Source: an uncultured Candidatus Saccharibacteria bacterium
GTDB lineage: Bacteria; Patescibacteriota; Doudnabacteria; UBA920
Assembly (NCBI GenBank): GCA_964416765.1
Contig: CAYQEU010000001.1
Coordinates: forward strand, 212,480 to 276,479
DNA: 64,000 bases
Reading direction: 5' to 3'
Part shown: positions 10,027 through 20,620 of the stretch, one piece after another
How the letters are laid out: each line of letters opens with the position of its first letter
Position numbering within the stretch: position 1 is the stretch's first letter
Made by a program: the position numbers and the translations under genes
Notes under the pieces: model-generated
Databases searched by the model: none
Told to the model about the DNA's origin: nothing
Seen by the model: the letters and a program-made list of their open reading frames with translations, nothing else

Positions 10027-10731
10027 ATGAAAAAGCTAATTATTGCCAACTGGAAAATGAATCCTGCGACGCTGAAGGAAGCCGAAAAGCTGGCAGGCAA
10101 AATTGACAAGAAACCCCTTAATAATGCGGTGTTGTGCCCACCGGCGGTATATCTGGCAAAAATTTCCTATCCAAATTTAGGCGCGCAGGATTGTTTCTGG
10201 AAACAGAAAGGCCCTTATACCGGGCAGACTTCTCCGGCGGCCCTAAAAAGCATGAAGGTCAAATACTGCATTGTCGGCCACAGTGAACGCCGTGCTCTCG
10301 GCGAAACAGATGAGGAGATCAACGGTAAAATATTGGCCCTGCAGGAAGAAGGCGTTATTCCGGTTCTGTGTATTGGCTACGGCACGACCATTGATGAGGA
10401 TGACATGGAAGTCATTGACGTACTGAAGAGTCAGCTGGACGCTGACCTTGTTGACGTGGATCCTAGTAAAGTTATAGTGGCGTACGAACCCGTTTGGGCG
10501 CTATCGAACGGTCCCGGCATGGCGAAGAAAACTCCCACGGGCGAGCACATCGAAAAAATTGCGTTATATATAAAAACCAAATACCGGGTGGCCAAAGTGC
10601 TGTACGGGGGTAGCGCCACAAGCGTGAACGCTACCCAAATACTTTCTGAACCTCACGTTGACGGGTTGTTAGTGGGTGGCGCCAGCCTGTTGCCTGAAGA
10701 TTTTAACAAAATCATTAATATCAAAATTTAA
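10027..10731 (+). CDS. tpiA: triosephosphate isomerase
   Basis: IIANWKMN, VGHSERR, YEPVWA and YGGS motifs. Confidence 0.85.
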   Translation: MKKLIIANWKMNPATLKEAEKLAGKIDKKPLNNAVLCPPAVYLAKISYPNLGAQDCFWKQKGPYTGQTSPAALKSMKVKYCIVGHSERRALGETDEEINGKILALQEEGVIPVLCIGYGTTIDEDDMEVIDVLKSQLDADLVDVDPSKVIVAYEPVWALSNGPGMAKKTPTGEHIEKIALYIKTKYRVAKVLYGGSATSVNATQILSEPHVDGLLVGGASLLPEDFNKIINIKI

Positions 10732-11180
10732 TGCTATACGTCGCGTCAGACCATGGCGGCTACCGGTTAAAGGAAAGCCTGAAAAAGTTTATGAAGGCTG
10801 AAGGCATCAAATTTTCGGATTTGGGGCCGGCCCGGTTTAAGAAAGACGATGATTATGTTGATTACGCCGCCCTTGTCGCCAGAAAAGTGTCGGCAAACCC
10901 CGAACGGGATTTAGGTTTGCTGATTTGCCGCAGCGGCCAGGGTGTTGCCATTGTTGCCAACAAGTTTAAAGGCGTGAGAGCGGCGTTGTGCTGGAATGTT
11001 GCCGAAGCAAAAATGAGCCGCCAAGACGACATGAGCAACGTAATATGCTTGCCCGCTGATTATATTAGCCCCGCGTCGGCGGAGCGAGTCTTGGACACTT
11101 GGCTGACAACTTTTTATTCCAAAGAGGAGCGGCATGTGCGGAGGGTGAATAAAATCAAGCAACTGGAGAAAGGGAAGTAA
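10731..11180 (+). CDS. rpiB: ribose-5-phosphate isomerase B
   Basis: RpiB/LacAB family (CRSGQGVAIVANKF). 149 aa. Confidence 0.8.
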   Translation: MLYVASDHGGYRLKESLKKFMKAEGIKFSDLGPARFKKDDDYVDYAALVARKVSANPERDLGLLICRSGQGVAIVANKFKGVRAALCWNVAEAKMSRQDDMSNVICLPADYISPASAERVLDTWLTTFYSKEERHVRRVNKIKQLEKGK

Positions 11181-11842
11181 TGTCGGTAATTGTTCCAGCC
11201 ATTCTTGAACAAACCCGCGAGGGGTTTGATGATAAGAATTTTATTATAGAGCGTATTAGCGGCGTGGAGCGAATCCATGTTGACTTTGCGGATGGCAAGT
11301 TTGTCCATTCTGAGACCCTAAAAGCTTCCGAGTTGGAAGGCCTCAACCCGGCTTTCAACTACGAGGCCCATTTGATGATTGCAGAGCCAGCTGACTTCTT
11401 AGATTACCAAATCGCGGGGTTTAAAACGGTTATTGTCCACTACGAAGCTTTTTCAAGCGAAGAGTCCATTGACCAAGCGGCGGTTGCCATCAAAAAACTG
11501 GGAATGCAGCCGGCCGTGGCCGTAAACCCAAACACTCCGGTGTCGGTGCTGCGTTATTTCGGCGACACTATCAGCAATTTTCTGGTTATGGGTGTCATTC
11601 CCGGAGCCCAGGGAAACCCATTTGTCCCAGAAACAGTTTCCCGCGTGGCGGAATTGAGGGCGTTATTGCCCCATGTTACAATAGAAGTAGACGGAGGGAT
11701 TAACTTCAGCAACGCAAAGGAAGTAATGGAGGCTGGAGCTGATTTGCTTGTGGTTGGTTCGGCGATTGTTAAAGCGGCTAGTCCGCAGGATGCCTACGCC
11801 GAAATCGAAACCACTCTTTTATCGGCCGAAACAAAAAATTGA
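11180..11842 (+). CDS. rpe: ribulose-phosphate 3-epimerase
   Basis: IVPAIL.., HVDFADGKFV and LVVGSAI motifs. 220 aa. Confidence 0.85.
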   Translation: MSVIVPAILEQTREGFDDKNFIIERISGVERIHVDFADGKFVHSETLKASELEGLNPAFNYEAHLMIAEPADFLDYQIAGFKTVIVHYEAFSSEESIDQAAVAIKKLGMQPAVAVNPNTPVSVLRYFGDTISNFLVMGVIPGAQGNPFVPETVSRVAELRALLPHVTIEVDGGINFSNAKEVMEAGADLLVVGSAIVKAASPQDAYAEIETTLLSAETKN

Positions 11843-12693
11843 TGCCCCAAATAAACATTAGTGAACTCGAATATAAAGCCAATGATATCCGCCAGGATAT
11901 TATTGACATGCTTGTCCAAGCTGGGAGCGGCCACTCCGCCGGGCCTTTAGATTTGGCCGAGGTATTCACCGCGCTATATTTTAATGTAATGAAACACGAC
12001 CCAACTCAGCCCAAGTGGGAGGCGCGGGACCGGCTAGTACTTTCATGCGGACATGTCTGTCCGGTGTTGTACGCGACTTTGGGCGAAGCCGGTTATTTTT
12101 CCAAAGAAGAGCTCAAAACACTCCGGAAGCTCGGTAGCCGGTTACAGGGTCATCCCCATAATTTAGCCTTGCCCGGTTTGGAAAGTTCTTCCGGCCCGCT
12201 GGCACAGGGTTCATCACAGGCGGTGGGCATGGCTTTGGCGCTGCGCCTCGATCGGTCCAGCTCGCGGGTATATTTGGTTATGTCTGATGGAGAACAGGAT
12301 GAAGGCCAGATTTGGGAAGCTGTCATGCTGGCGGGTAAAGAGAAGCTCCACAATCTTACGGCGATTATAGACCGCAACAACATCCAAATTGACGGTTACA
12401 CCGAAAATGTCATGCCACTTGAAGGCCTTAAAGCCAAGTACGAAGCTTTTAATTGGCATGTCATTGAAGTGGATGGGCACAACATCCGCGAGATCATTGA
12501 TGCTTGCAATGAAGCAAAAGCAATTTACGAAAAGCCGACCGTGATTATCGCACATACCATTCCCGGGAAAGGAGTTGATTTTATGGAAGGTAAATTTGAA
12601 TGGCACGGCAAACCGCCCAAGCCCGAAGAAGCAAAAGAGGCTTTGCATGAATTACGCACTTTAAGGGGCCAGATTAGGGGAGAGCACGAATGA
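11839..12693 (+). CDS. transketolase, N-terminal (thiamine-diphosphate-binding) subunit
   Basis: GSGHSAGPL.. and DGE..EG motifs. The enzyme is split into two genes, and this 4-nt-overlapped ORF is the N-terminal half. Confidence 0.85.
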   Translation: MMPQINISELEYKANDIRQDIIDMLVQAGSGHSAGPLDLAEVFTALYFNVMKHDPTQPKWEARDRLVLSCGHVCPVLYATLGEAGYFSKEELKTLRKLGSRLQGHPHNLALPGLESSSGPLAQGSSQAVGMALALRLDRSSSRVYLVMSDGEQDEGQIWEAVMLAGKEKLHNLTAIIDRNNIQIDGYTENVMPLEGLKAKYEAFNWHVIEVDGHNIREIIDACNEAKAIYEKPTVIIAHTIPGKGVDFMEGKFEWHGKPPKPEEAKEALHELRTLRGQIRGEHE

Positions 12694-13709
12694 TAAATGA
12701 ACACGCAAAATTAAACCCCGATATCGGAAAAGAAAACATTGAGCAAAAGCCCACGAGGGACGGTTTTGGCGATGCGTTAATGGAGCTTGGTGAACGGGAC
12801 GAAAAAGTCATGGCCCTAACGGGCGACTTGGCTGATTCAGTGCGCGTGGCCGAGTTCGCGAAAAAATATCCCGAACGGTTTATAGAATGCGGCGTGGCGG
12901 AGCAGAACATGATGGGTGTGGCCGCCGGGCTTGCTTTGGCCGGCAAGACGCCGTTCGTTTCTTCATATGCTGTTTTTTCTCCGGGCCGGTCTTGGGACCA
13001 GCTTCGGGTTTCGGTGGCTTATAGCCAGGCCAATGTAAAAGTGGCGGGAGCGCATACCGGAGTGTCCGTCGGGCCTGATGGCGCAACCCACCAGGCACTT
13101 GAAGATATCGCGATAACCCGCACTATTCCGAACCTGACCGTTATCGTTCCATGCGATTACTGGGAAACCAAGAAAGCGGCTTTGGCGCTGGGGGAAACCC
13201 AGGGACCCGCGTACTTCCGGTTTGGCCGCGAGAAAACCCCGGTGATTACCACCGAAGAGACCGTGTTCCAGGTGGGCAAAGCGGAAATATTCAAGGAAGG
13301 TACCCACGTGGCCTTAATTGGCTGCGGTCCGGTGCTATACAACGGGCTAATGGCCGCGCTGGAATTGGAACAGGAAGGCATCAGTGTTTTGGTAATAAAC
13401 AACCATACTATTAAACCCATTGATGTGGAAACCATTGTGTGGGCGGCTAAGCTAACCGGGGCCGTGGTAACGCTGGAGGAACACCAAGTCATGGGGGGAG
13501 CGGGAAGCGCGGTTATCGAAGTCTTAGCAAAGCATTACCCCGTGCCAGTTGAAATGGTGGGGATGCAGGACACGTTTGGCGAAAGCGGGGAACCCGATGA
13601 ATTGATTGCAAAGTACGGGATGCACAAGGAAAGTATCAAGGAGGCGATCAGAAAAGTTCTAAAACGCAAACCAGAAAAAACCACAGCTAAAAGAAAGGCA
13701 ACTAAATGA
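12690..13709 (+). CDS. transketolase, C-terminal (pyrimidine-binding) subunit
   Basis: Transketolase central and C-terminal domain motifs (FIECGVAEQNM). Confidence 0.85.
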   Translation: MINEHAKLNPDIGKENIEQKPTRDGFGDALMELGERDEKVMALTGDLADSVRVAEFAKKYPERFIECGVAEQNMMGVAAGLALAGKTPFVSSYAVFSPGRSWDQLRVSVAYSQANVKVAGAHTGVSVGPDGATHQALEDIAITRTIPNLTVIVPCDYWETKKAALALGETQGPAYFRFGREKTPVITTEETVFQVGKAEIFKEGTHVALIGCGPVLYNGLMAALELEQEGISVLVINNHTIKPIDVETIVWAAKLTGAVVTLEEHQVMGGAGSAVIEVLAKHYPVPVEMVGMQDTFGESGEPDELIAKYGMHKESIKEAIRKVLKRKPEKTTAKRKATK

Positions 13710-14728
13710 AACCCAAGCACGATATCATTTCCATAGGGGACCCAACCATAGATACTTTTTTGCTTATCCATGACATCAAAATCAAGAATGTCAAAGGCCA
13801 CAAGGAAGCAATAATCAGTTGGGGAGACAAACTCCCGGTAGACCAATACTACCGCACCGTGGCCGGCAACGCGGCAAACAACGCGGTTGGTTCCGCGCGG
13901 TTAGGCTTAAAAACCGCTTACTACACGGTACTAGCCCACGACACTGGAGGACGCGAAATCATCCACAAGATGAAAAAGGAAAAAGTGGATACTGAGTACA
14001 TTATGATAGATGACAAGCATCCCACCAATGCTTCAACGGTGCTTAGCTATCTCGGCGAAAGAACTATTTTCGTGTATCATGTCCACCGCAAATATAAATT
14101 GCCGAAATTGGCACCGAGTAGGTGGGTTTACCTGACCAGTATGGGGCAGGGGTTTGAAAAAATTTATAAAGATTTGGCTGCTTACCTTGATAGAAACCAG
14201 GTTAAATTAGGGTTTAACCCCGGAACTTTCCAGCTCCGCGCCGGAGTAAAAGTTAACGCGCCTATGTTGAAACGCACTGACCTGCTCTCGTTAAATAAAG
14301 AAGAGGCCCAAAGCTGGGTTGGTAATTTTAGCGACCCGGAAGAACTTTGCAAGCGCCTGCGAAAACTGGGCCCCAAAGCTATCGCCCTTACGGATGGACG
14401 CAAGGGAGCATATAGTTATAGTGACGAAGGGTTTTATTACATTCCCGAATTCCCCGGGCCGCGCATTGAGGCTACCGGTGCGGGGGATGCCTTTACGACC
14501 GCCTACATTGGCGCTTTGGCTCTGGGCAAAAAGCACTCTGAAGCATTACAATGGGGTCCAATTAATGGCGGGAGCGTGGTATTGCAAATCGGACCGCAAG
14601 CGGGATTGCTCAGCCAGTCCCAAATACATAACCGTCTGCGCAAACTAAAGACTTTCCGGTCAATCAGCATTGATTCACCAGAAATAAAAAAGAAAGTTGC
14701 AAAATTAGTAGCCAAGAAAAAGGACTAA
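13706..14728 (+). CDS. PfkB-family carbohydrate/nucleoside kinase (ribokinase-like)
   Basis: C-terminal GAGDAFTTAYIGAL signature and an N-terminal GG motif. Confidence 0.75.
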   Translation: MKPKHDIISIGDPTIDTFLLIHDIKIKNVKGHKEAIISWGDKLPVDQYYRTVAGNAANNAVGSARLGLKTAYYTVLAHDTGGREIIHKMKKEKVDTEYIMIDDKHPTNASTVLSYLGERTIFVYHVHRKYKLPKLAPSRWVYLTSMGQGFEKIYKDLAAYLDRNQVKLGFNPGTFQLRAGVKVNAPMLKRTDLLSLNKEEAQSWVGNFSDPEELCKRLRKLGPKAIALTDGRKGAYSYSDEGFYYIPEFPGPRIEATGAGDAFTTAYIGALALGKKHSEALQWGPINGGSVVLQIGPQAGLLSQSQIHNRLRKLKTFRSISIDSPEIKKKVAKLVAKKKD

Positions 14729-14729
14729 T

Positions 14730-14942
14730 ATGCCCATAGCCGGACAGAAAATGCATGACCCTAACATCCGATTGCGGCTCTTGCTGTTAGTGTTCGGCGG
14801 ATTGGTGGCCAGCGCCGCCCTATTGTACTGGCGTTCCGAGTATTTGGTGAGCCAGGAATACATTGATTTTCCGTCGAAAAAGCACATCACGATCCAGCAG
14901 CATTCGAACGTCCCCAAGGGTTACGAAGACTTATATAAATAA
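14730..14942 (+). CDS. small hypothetical membrane protein
   Basis: 70-aa ORF with one TM. It fills the gap between the kinase and gap, but coding status is uncertain. Confidence 0.25.
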   Translation: MPIAGQKMHDPNIRLRLLLLVFGGLVASAALLYWRSEYLVSQEYIDFPSKKHITIQQHSNVPKGYEDLYK

Positions 14943-14958
14943 TTAAAAACATAAAGAT

Positions 14959-15987
14959 ATGGCAGATAAAGTAAAATTAGCCATTAACGGCTTTGGCCGC
15001 ATTGGCCGCGAAGCTTTTAAGATCGCTTTGGACAAACCCGAAATCGAGGTAGTGGGCATCAATGACTTAACCTCACCGGCTGTTTTGGCGCAGCTTCTTA
15101 AGTTTGACAGCAACTACGGGCCTTACCACCGCGAAGTGTCAGCTGATGAAACCCATATTATAGTAGACGGCAAATCCTACGCCGTGACCGCGGAAAAAGA
15201 CCCGGCCGCTTTGCCGTGGGGCAAATTGGACGTTGACGTGGTTATTGAAAGCACAGGCCGGTTTACCGATCAGGAAAAAGCTTCCGCTCATTTGAAAGCC
15301 GGCGCTAAGAAAGTCATTATTTCAGCCCCGGCAAAAGATGAAGGCATTACCAAAACTTTTGTCCTAGGGGTGAACGAGCATGATTACAACGGGGAACAGA
15401 TTATCAGCAACGCCTCCTGCACCACCAACTGCATTACCCCGGTCGCCGCGGTATTGCATTCGACCTTTGGGATAGAAAAAATAATGATGACCACCATTCA
15501 CAGCTACACCGCGGAACAGAATTTGGTTGACGGTCCTCCTCCGGGCGGACACTCCAACGACATGCGCCGCGCCCGCGCGGCCGCGGTCAACATTGTTCCC
15601 ACCACGACCGGCGCCGCTATTTCCGCCGCCCAGGTAATCCCGGAACTTAAAGGGTTGTTTAACGGCCTTTCCATCCGCGTTCCAACCCCGGTCGGTTCCC
15701 TCTCCGACTTCGTCGCGTTGTTAAAAAAGAATGTCACCGTTGAAGAAGTTAACCAGGCGTTCATTAACGCCAGCCAGAACCCGATGTTCCTGGGGAAACT
15801 GGTGGTAACTGACGAACCGGTGGTATCGTCGGACATTGTGGGCAATCCGGCTTCGGCCATAGTTGACTTATCCCTGACCCAGGTGGTTGACGGCAACTTT
15901 GTGAAAATAGTCGCCTGGTACGATAACGAATGTGGTTATTCCAATCGTCTTGTCGAACAAGTAATCCTAGTTGGCCAGCACCAATAA
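14959..15987 (+). CDS. gap: glyceraldehyde-3-phosphate dehydrogenase
   Basis: INGFGRIGR, SNASCTTNC and WYDNE motifs. Confidence 0.9.
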   Translation: MADKVKLAINGFGRIGREAFKIALDKPEIEVVGINDLTSPAVLAQLLKFDSNYGPYHREVSADETHIIVDGKSYAVTAEKDPAALPWGKLDVDVVIESTGRFTDQEKASAHLKAGAKKVIISAPAKDEGITKTFVLGVNEHDYNGEQIISNASCTTNCITPVAAVLHSTFGIEKIMMTTIHSYTAEQNLVDGPPPGGHSNDMRRARAAAVNIVPTTTGAAISAAQVIPELKGLFNGLSIRVPTPVGSLSDFVALLKKNVTVEEVNQAFINASQNPMFLGKLVVTDEPVVSSDIVGNPASAIVDLSLTQVVDGNFVKIVAWYDNECGYSNRLVEQVILVGQHQ

Positions 15988-17228
15988 TGCCCATAAGATT
16001 CATTAAAAATTCCAGCAAGCTGAAGGACAAACGCGTGTTTTTGCGTTTGGATTTTAATGAAGAAGTTGACCATGGAAAACTCCTGGATGACTTTCGGCTC
16101 CGTTCCGTGGTCCCTACGGTTGAGCTGTTGTTAAAGCAAAACTGCCGGGTGATAATTGGCAGTCATATGGGGCGACCCGAAGGGAAGAAGGACAAGAAAT
16201 ATTCTTTACTCCCAGCGGCCCGCCACTTCGCCCAATTGCTCGGGAGACAGTTTGTGGAAAGTGGTGACCATATTCCCACTAACGCCGCGGGGAAGGCGGT
16301 TTTCTTTACCGGCGATATTACCGAGCATGAAATGCGCGAAAAAGTGGCTGGTGCCGAGGGGGCTGACCTAATCATTTTGGAAAACCTCCGTTTCTACAAA
16401 GGTGAGGAAGATAACGGGGTGTTGTTTTCGGAACAGTTGGCCAGTATGGCCGACGTTTACGTAAACGATGCTTTTGCCGTCTGTCACCGCAAAGCAGCGT
16501 CGGTAGCGGGGATAACCAAGTACCTGCCTTCATTTGGCGGGCTGCTTCTGGAAAAAGAAATAGCGGCCCTGAACCGCGTCATGAACAAACCTCAGTCGCC
16601 ATTTGTCCTGGTCATGGGAGGAATAAAAATTTCCGACAAGCAAAACACTTTGCAAAACCTTGGCCGCAAAGCGGATTACATCCTCCTCGGAGGCGGGCTG
16701 GCTAACCTGATGTTAAAGGCTCAAGGGTATGAAATTGGCTTGTCCAAAAGCGAAGACAATCCCCAGACGCGCAAAGTTGCTGACTTTATACTCAAAAATT
16801 TTAAGTCCAAAATAGTGTTGCCCCGTGACGTTGTGGTGGCAAAATCCCTGACCCGCAAATCCACGATAAAGGTGGTACCGGCCTACCAGGTCAAAAAAGA
16901 TGATATTATTTTTGATATCGGGCCGCAGGCTATTTTGGACTTCGCGGGCTACATAAAAAAAGCCAAAACCGTGGTATGGAACGGCCCGCTGGGCCATTTT
17001 GAAGTGAAGCCTTTCCACACTGCCACCATGGCGCTGGCTCGCGTACTCGGTGGCGTTGCCAGTCGTACCGCTTTTGGTGTTGTTGGCGGCGGTGAGACCG
17101 TGACGGCGGTGGAGAGGAGCCACCAGGCCCCGCACATTGACCATGTTTCCACCGGCGGCGGCGCTATGTTGGAATATTTGGCAGGCACTAAGCTTCCCGC
17201 GCTCCAGGCGTTGGAAGAAAGTAAATAG
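15987..17228 (+). CDS. pgk: phosphoglycerate kinase
   Basis: The PGK fold begins at ATG 15987 (MPIRFIK..RVFLRLDFN), overlapping the gap stop. The ORF track extends further upstream to 15930. Confidence 0.85.
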   Translation: MPIRFIKNSSKLKDKRVFLRLDFNEEVDHGKLLDDFRLRSVVPTVELLLKQNCRVIIGSHMGRPEGKKDKKYSLLPAARHFAQLLGRQFVESGDHIPTNAAGKAVFFTGDITEHEMREKVAGAEGADLIILENLRFYKGEEDNGVLFSEQLASMADVYVNDAFAVCHRKAASVAGITKYLPSFGGLLLEKEIAALNRVMNKPQSPFVLVMGGIKISDKQNTLQNLGRKADYILLGGGLANLMLKAQGYEIGLSKSEDNPQTRKVADFILKNFKSKIVLPRDVVVAKSLTRKSTIKVVPAYQVKKDDIIFDIGPQAILDFAGYIKKAKTVVWNGPLGHFEVKPFHTATMALARVLGGVASRTAFGVVGGGETVTAVERSHQAPHIDHVSTGGGAMLEYLAGTKLPALQALEESK

Positions 17229-18854
17229 ATGGAACAAAAAAAATATAAAAAAGTCGTTCTCGTGGTGCTCGATGGTTTTGGCGTGGCCTCTTACGGCCAT
17301 GGCAATGCCATCGCGCAGGCACGCCCCGAAGTCCTTGATTACATCGTGGGACATTACCCAAGCATAACACTGCAGGCTTCCGGCCCTTTGGTCGGCTTGC
17401 CTTGGGGTGAAATGGGGAATTCAGAAGTGGGACACTTAAATATTGGCGCTGGCCGCATTGTAGGCCAAGACTTGGGCCGCATTAATTCTGATATCCAAAC
17501 GCGGCAATTCTTCCAAAACCAGGCGTTTTTAGCGGCCTGTGAACACGTTAAAGAACACGGCTCCCGTCTCCATTTGGCCGGCATGATTTCCGGGGGAAAC
17601 GTACACAGTTCCGATGAGCATCTGTACGCGCTGCTTGCGTTGGCGGCGGAACAGGGGATAAAGGAAGTTTACATACACATGTTTACCGATGGGCGTGATA
17701 CCGGGGAGAAAGTCGCCCTGGATAGCATCAGCAAATTGAACCAAAAGATTGGCGAAATAGGGGTGGGGAGAGTCGCCAGCATCGCCGGGCGGTTTTACGC
17801 CATGGACCGAGGCAAGCACTGGGACCAAACCGAAATGACTTACCAAGCCATGGTAAATGGCATTGGTGTGGCCGCTTACAGTCCGGAGGACGCGATTTTG
17901 GATTCCTACAACCACGCTGTTTATGATGAAATGATCCGTCCGACTGTGATTGTCACCGACCCTGAAGAGTCCGGGGCCATGAAGCCAGTCGGGAAGATAG
18001 AAGAACATGATTCCGTGATCTTTTTCAATTTCCGGCAAGACCGGGCCACCCAGTTGGTACAAGCTTTTGTGAGCCCTGAAGTAATGAATTTGTCTTCGCA
18101 CCACGAAGCACCAGCAGACTTATGCATCGTCACCATGACCGAGTATTATTTCGGTCTCCCGGTAAAAATCGCCTACCCGACCCAGCCACTTGTTAACAAC
18201 TTATCCGAAGTCCTTTCCAAAGCGGGCTTAACCCAGTACCATATCGCAGAAAGCGAAAAATACGCGCACGTTACTTCCTTTTTTAACGGCGGCGTGAGCG
18301 ACCCCATGCCCGGGGAAGAACACCACATTGTGAAAAGCCCGGCTGACAACTCCAACAACTACTTTGACCATCCCGAGATGTCGGGCATGGAAATAACGGA
18401 TATCCTCGTGGACAAGATCCAGCATTCTGACATGAATTTCCTGCTGGCAAACTACGCGAATGGCGATATGGTTGGTCATACCGGCAACCTCGAAGCAGCC
18501 ATCAAAGCGGTAAAGTACCTGGACCGGTTTTTGGAAAAAGTCATGGAAGCATCTTTAGCTGCTGAGGCGGCCCTGATAATAACCGCTGACCACGGCAACG
18601 TGGAGCAAATGATAAATATCAAGACCGGCCAAATCGACAAGGACCACACTACCAACCCGGTGCCGTTCCTTTTGGTGGCCAGGGAATTTTGTTATGAAAC
18701 CCCGAAAAGCCGGGATTATCTATCATTGTCCTCCAGGGTTCCAGAAGGGGTAATCAGTGACATCGCTCCCACTATACTGGCACTTATGGGGCTTCCAAAA
18801 CCGCCGGAAATGACGGGAATTAACCTTCTTGAGACGTTGGAAACCGCTTCCTGA
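17229..18854 (+). CDS. gpmI: 2,3-bisphosphoglycerate-independent phosphoglycerate mutase
   Basis: VVLVVLDGFG, SEVGHLN and ADHGN motifs. 541 aa. Confidence 0.85.
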   Translation: MEQKKYKKVVLVVLDGFGVASYGHGNAIAQARPEVLDYIVGHYPSITLQASGPLVGLPWGEMGNSEVGHLNIGAGRIVGQDLGRINSDIQTRQFFQNQAFLAACEHVKEHGSRLHLAGMISGGNVHSSDEHLYALLALAAEQGIKEVYIHMFTDGRDTGEKVALDSISKLNQKIGEIGVGRVASIAGRFYAMDRGKHWDQTEMTYQAMVNGIGVAAYSPEDAILDSYNHAVYDEMIRPTVIVTDPEESGAMKPVGKIEEHDSVIFFNFRQDRATQLVQAFVSPEVMNLSSHHEAPADLCIVTMTEYYFGLPVKIAYPTQPLVNNLSEVLSKAGLTQYHIAESEKYAHVTSFFNGGVSDPMPGEEHHIVKSPADNSNNYFDHPEMSGMEITDILVDKIQHSDMNFLLANYANGDMVGHTGNLEAAIKAVKYLDRFLEKVMEASLAAEAALIITADHGNVEQMINIKTGQIDKDHTTNPVPFLLVAREFCYETPKSRDYLSLSSRVPEGVISDIAPTILALMGLPKPPEMTGINLLETLETAS

Positions 18855-18871
18855 ACATGGTAGAATGAGGA

Positions 18872-20620
18872 ATGGCTAAACAATGGCTAATTTCTCCTGA
18901 AGTACCTTCTGAATACACAGAACAGTTCCCCGAACAGAACCGTTTAGTTTTGCAGTTGCTCCACAATCGCGGCATTCCAGCCGTAAAGGTGGAGCATTTT
19001 TTGCAACCGGAATATGGAAACCTGTACAGCCCATTCCTGTTCCAGGAGATGGAAAAGGCCGTGGACCGGATTTGGGAAGCTATCGAGAAAAAACAGTCCA
19101 TTGTTATTTATAGTGATTACGACGCTGACGCGGTTACGGCCAACGCGCTATTACACCAAACTTTCCGCTATCTCGGCGTAGAGGTAAAGAGCTATATCCC
19201 GGACCGGTTTAGCGAGGGGTACGGTTTGAACGTTGATGCTTTCCGGCGGCTAAAGGAACAGGGCGCGGAAGTGGTCATTACCGTTGACTGCGGCACCAAC
19301 TCGGTGGCCGAAGCGAAGTTTTGCGCGGAAAATGGAATTGACTTGATCATTACCGACCACCATGAAATAACCGGGGATACACCCGAAGCTTACGCCTTGA
19401 TAAACCCAAAGAACCCTGCCGACTTGTATCCTGACAGCCAGATTACAGGCGTGGGAGTGGCTTATAAACTCGCCGCAGCGCTACTGTCCAACCAAGTTAA
19501 AGTTACCGCGGCAAAAAATATCCCTGAAGAAGAATACGTGCCGGAATGGGACAAGTGGTTGCTTGATTTAGTCGCTATCGGGACCGTGGCTGACGTGCAC
19601 TCCCTCCTGGGCGAAAACCGGATCTTGGTAAAGTTTGGGCTGAGGGTTTTATCCAAGACAAAATGGATCGGCCTGCGTCAGCTTATGGAAAACGCGGGGT
19701 TGGATTACGCTCATGAAAAAATGGATACCCGGACGATTGGGTTTTCCATCGCCCCACGCATCAACGCCGCCGGACGCATGGAGCACGCTGATCTCGCATT
19801 GCAATTGCTTATAACGGAAGATTTTGCCGAAGCTATTGAGCTTTCAAACCGGCTCGAAGAAATAAACCGTCGTCGGAAGGATATGACCGCGCGCATTGTT
19901 TCCGAAGCCAAAACCGAGGCTGAGTTAATTTTAGACCGCCGCGTGCTAATGCTGGCCAACCCCAACTGGCCGAAAGGTTTGGTGGGAATAGTGGCGGGCA
20001 AACTCGCCGACCAGTACAAGAAGCCGGTTTTAGTGCTGGAAAAAGGGGATAGCGAGTCCACCGGCTCGGCCCGCAGCGCCGGTGATTTTGATATCGTGGA
20101 GTGCCTTAAAGTCCATTCCCACTTATTGGTTAAATTCGGCGGGCACAAGCAGGCGGCCGGGCTGACCTTGAAGTCAGAAAATTTGGAAATATTTTACCAG
20201 GAAATTTTACGGTTCGCCGAAAACCGCCCAGAAGCCGAAAACAAGCAGGACATTTTGCAGCTTGAAGCCGAGTTAAAGCCGGAAGAGTTAACGATGGAAA
20301 CCGCGGAAGATATTGCCCGGCTGGAGCCCTATGGGGCCGAAAATCCGGTACCCGCGTTCATGGTCAAAGACGCCGTGGTGGTGAATTTCCGTTTGGTTGG
20401 AGCGGGCCAAAAACATATTCAGCTAAACGTGCGGGTCGGGGAAATGACCTTGGACTGCATCGGGTTCAACCTGGGTTACCTGGCACCCCGGATTGCCGCG
20501 GGAATGAAACTGGAATTGGCCGGTGAACTGATTACTGATTCATGGCAGGGAATAAAGAGACTAAAGTTAAAATTAATTGATGTTAAAATAATCGAAAATG
20601 TCGAAACAGTTAACAATTAA
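18872..20620 (+). CDS. recJ: single-stranded-DNA-specific exonuclease RecJ
   Basis: DHH-family motifs (IYSDYDADAVTA, ITDHHE) and a DHHA1 domain. Confidence 0.8.
   Translation: MAKQWLISPEVPSEYTEQFPEQNRLVLQLLHNRGIPAVKVEHFLQPEYGNLYSPFLFQEMEKAVDRIWEAIEKKQSIVIYSDYDADAVTANALLHQTFRYLGVEVKSYIPDRFSEGYGLNVDAFRRLKEQGAEVVITVDCGTNSVAEAKFCAENGIDLIITDHHEITGDTPEAYALINPKNPADLYPDSQITGVGVAYKLAAALLSNQVKVTAAKNIPEEEYVPEWDKWLLDLVAIGTVADVHSLLGENRILVKFGLRVLSKTKWIGLRQLMENAGLDYAHEKMDTRTIGFSIAPRINAAGRMEHADLALQLLITEDFAEAIELSNRLEEINRRRKDMTARIVSEAKTEAELILDRRVLMLANPNWPKGLVGIVAGKLADQYKKPVLVLEKGDSESTGSARSAGDFDIVECLKVHSHLLVKFGGHKQAAGLTLKSENLEIFYQEILRFAENRPEAENKQDILQLEAELKPEELTMETAEDIARLEPYGAENPVPAFMVKDAVVVNFRLVGAGQKHIQLNVRVGEMTLDCIGFNLGYLAPRIAAGMKLELAGELITDSWQGIKRLKLKLIDVKIIENVETVNN

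Noticed and set aside
16713-17354. 213-aa minus-strand ORF antisense to pgk/gpmI
   Set aside because: Antisense to two well-supported glycolytic genes, with no RBS and no motifs.
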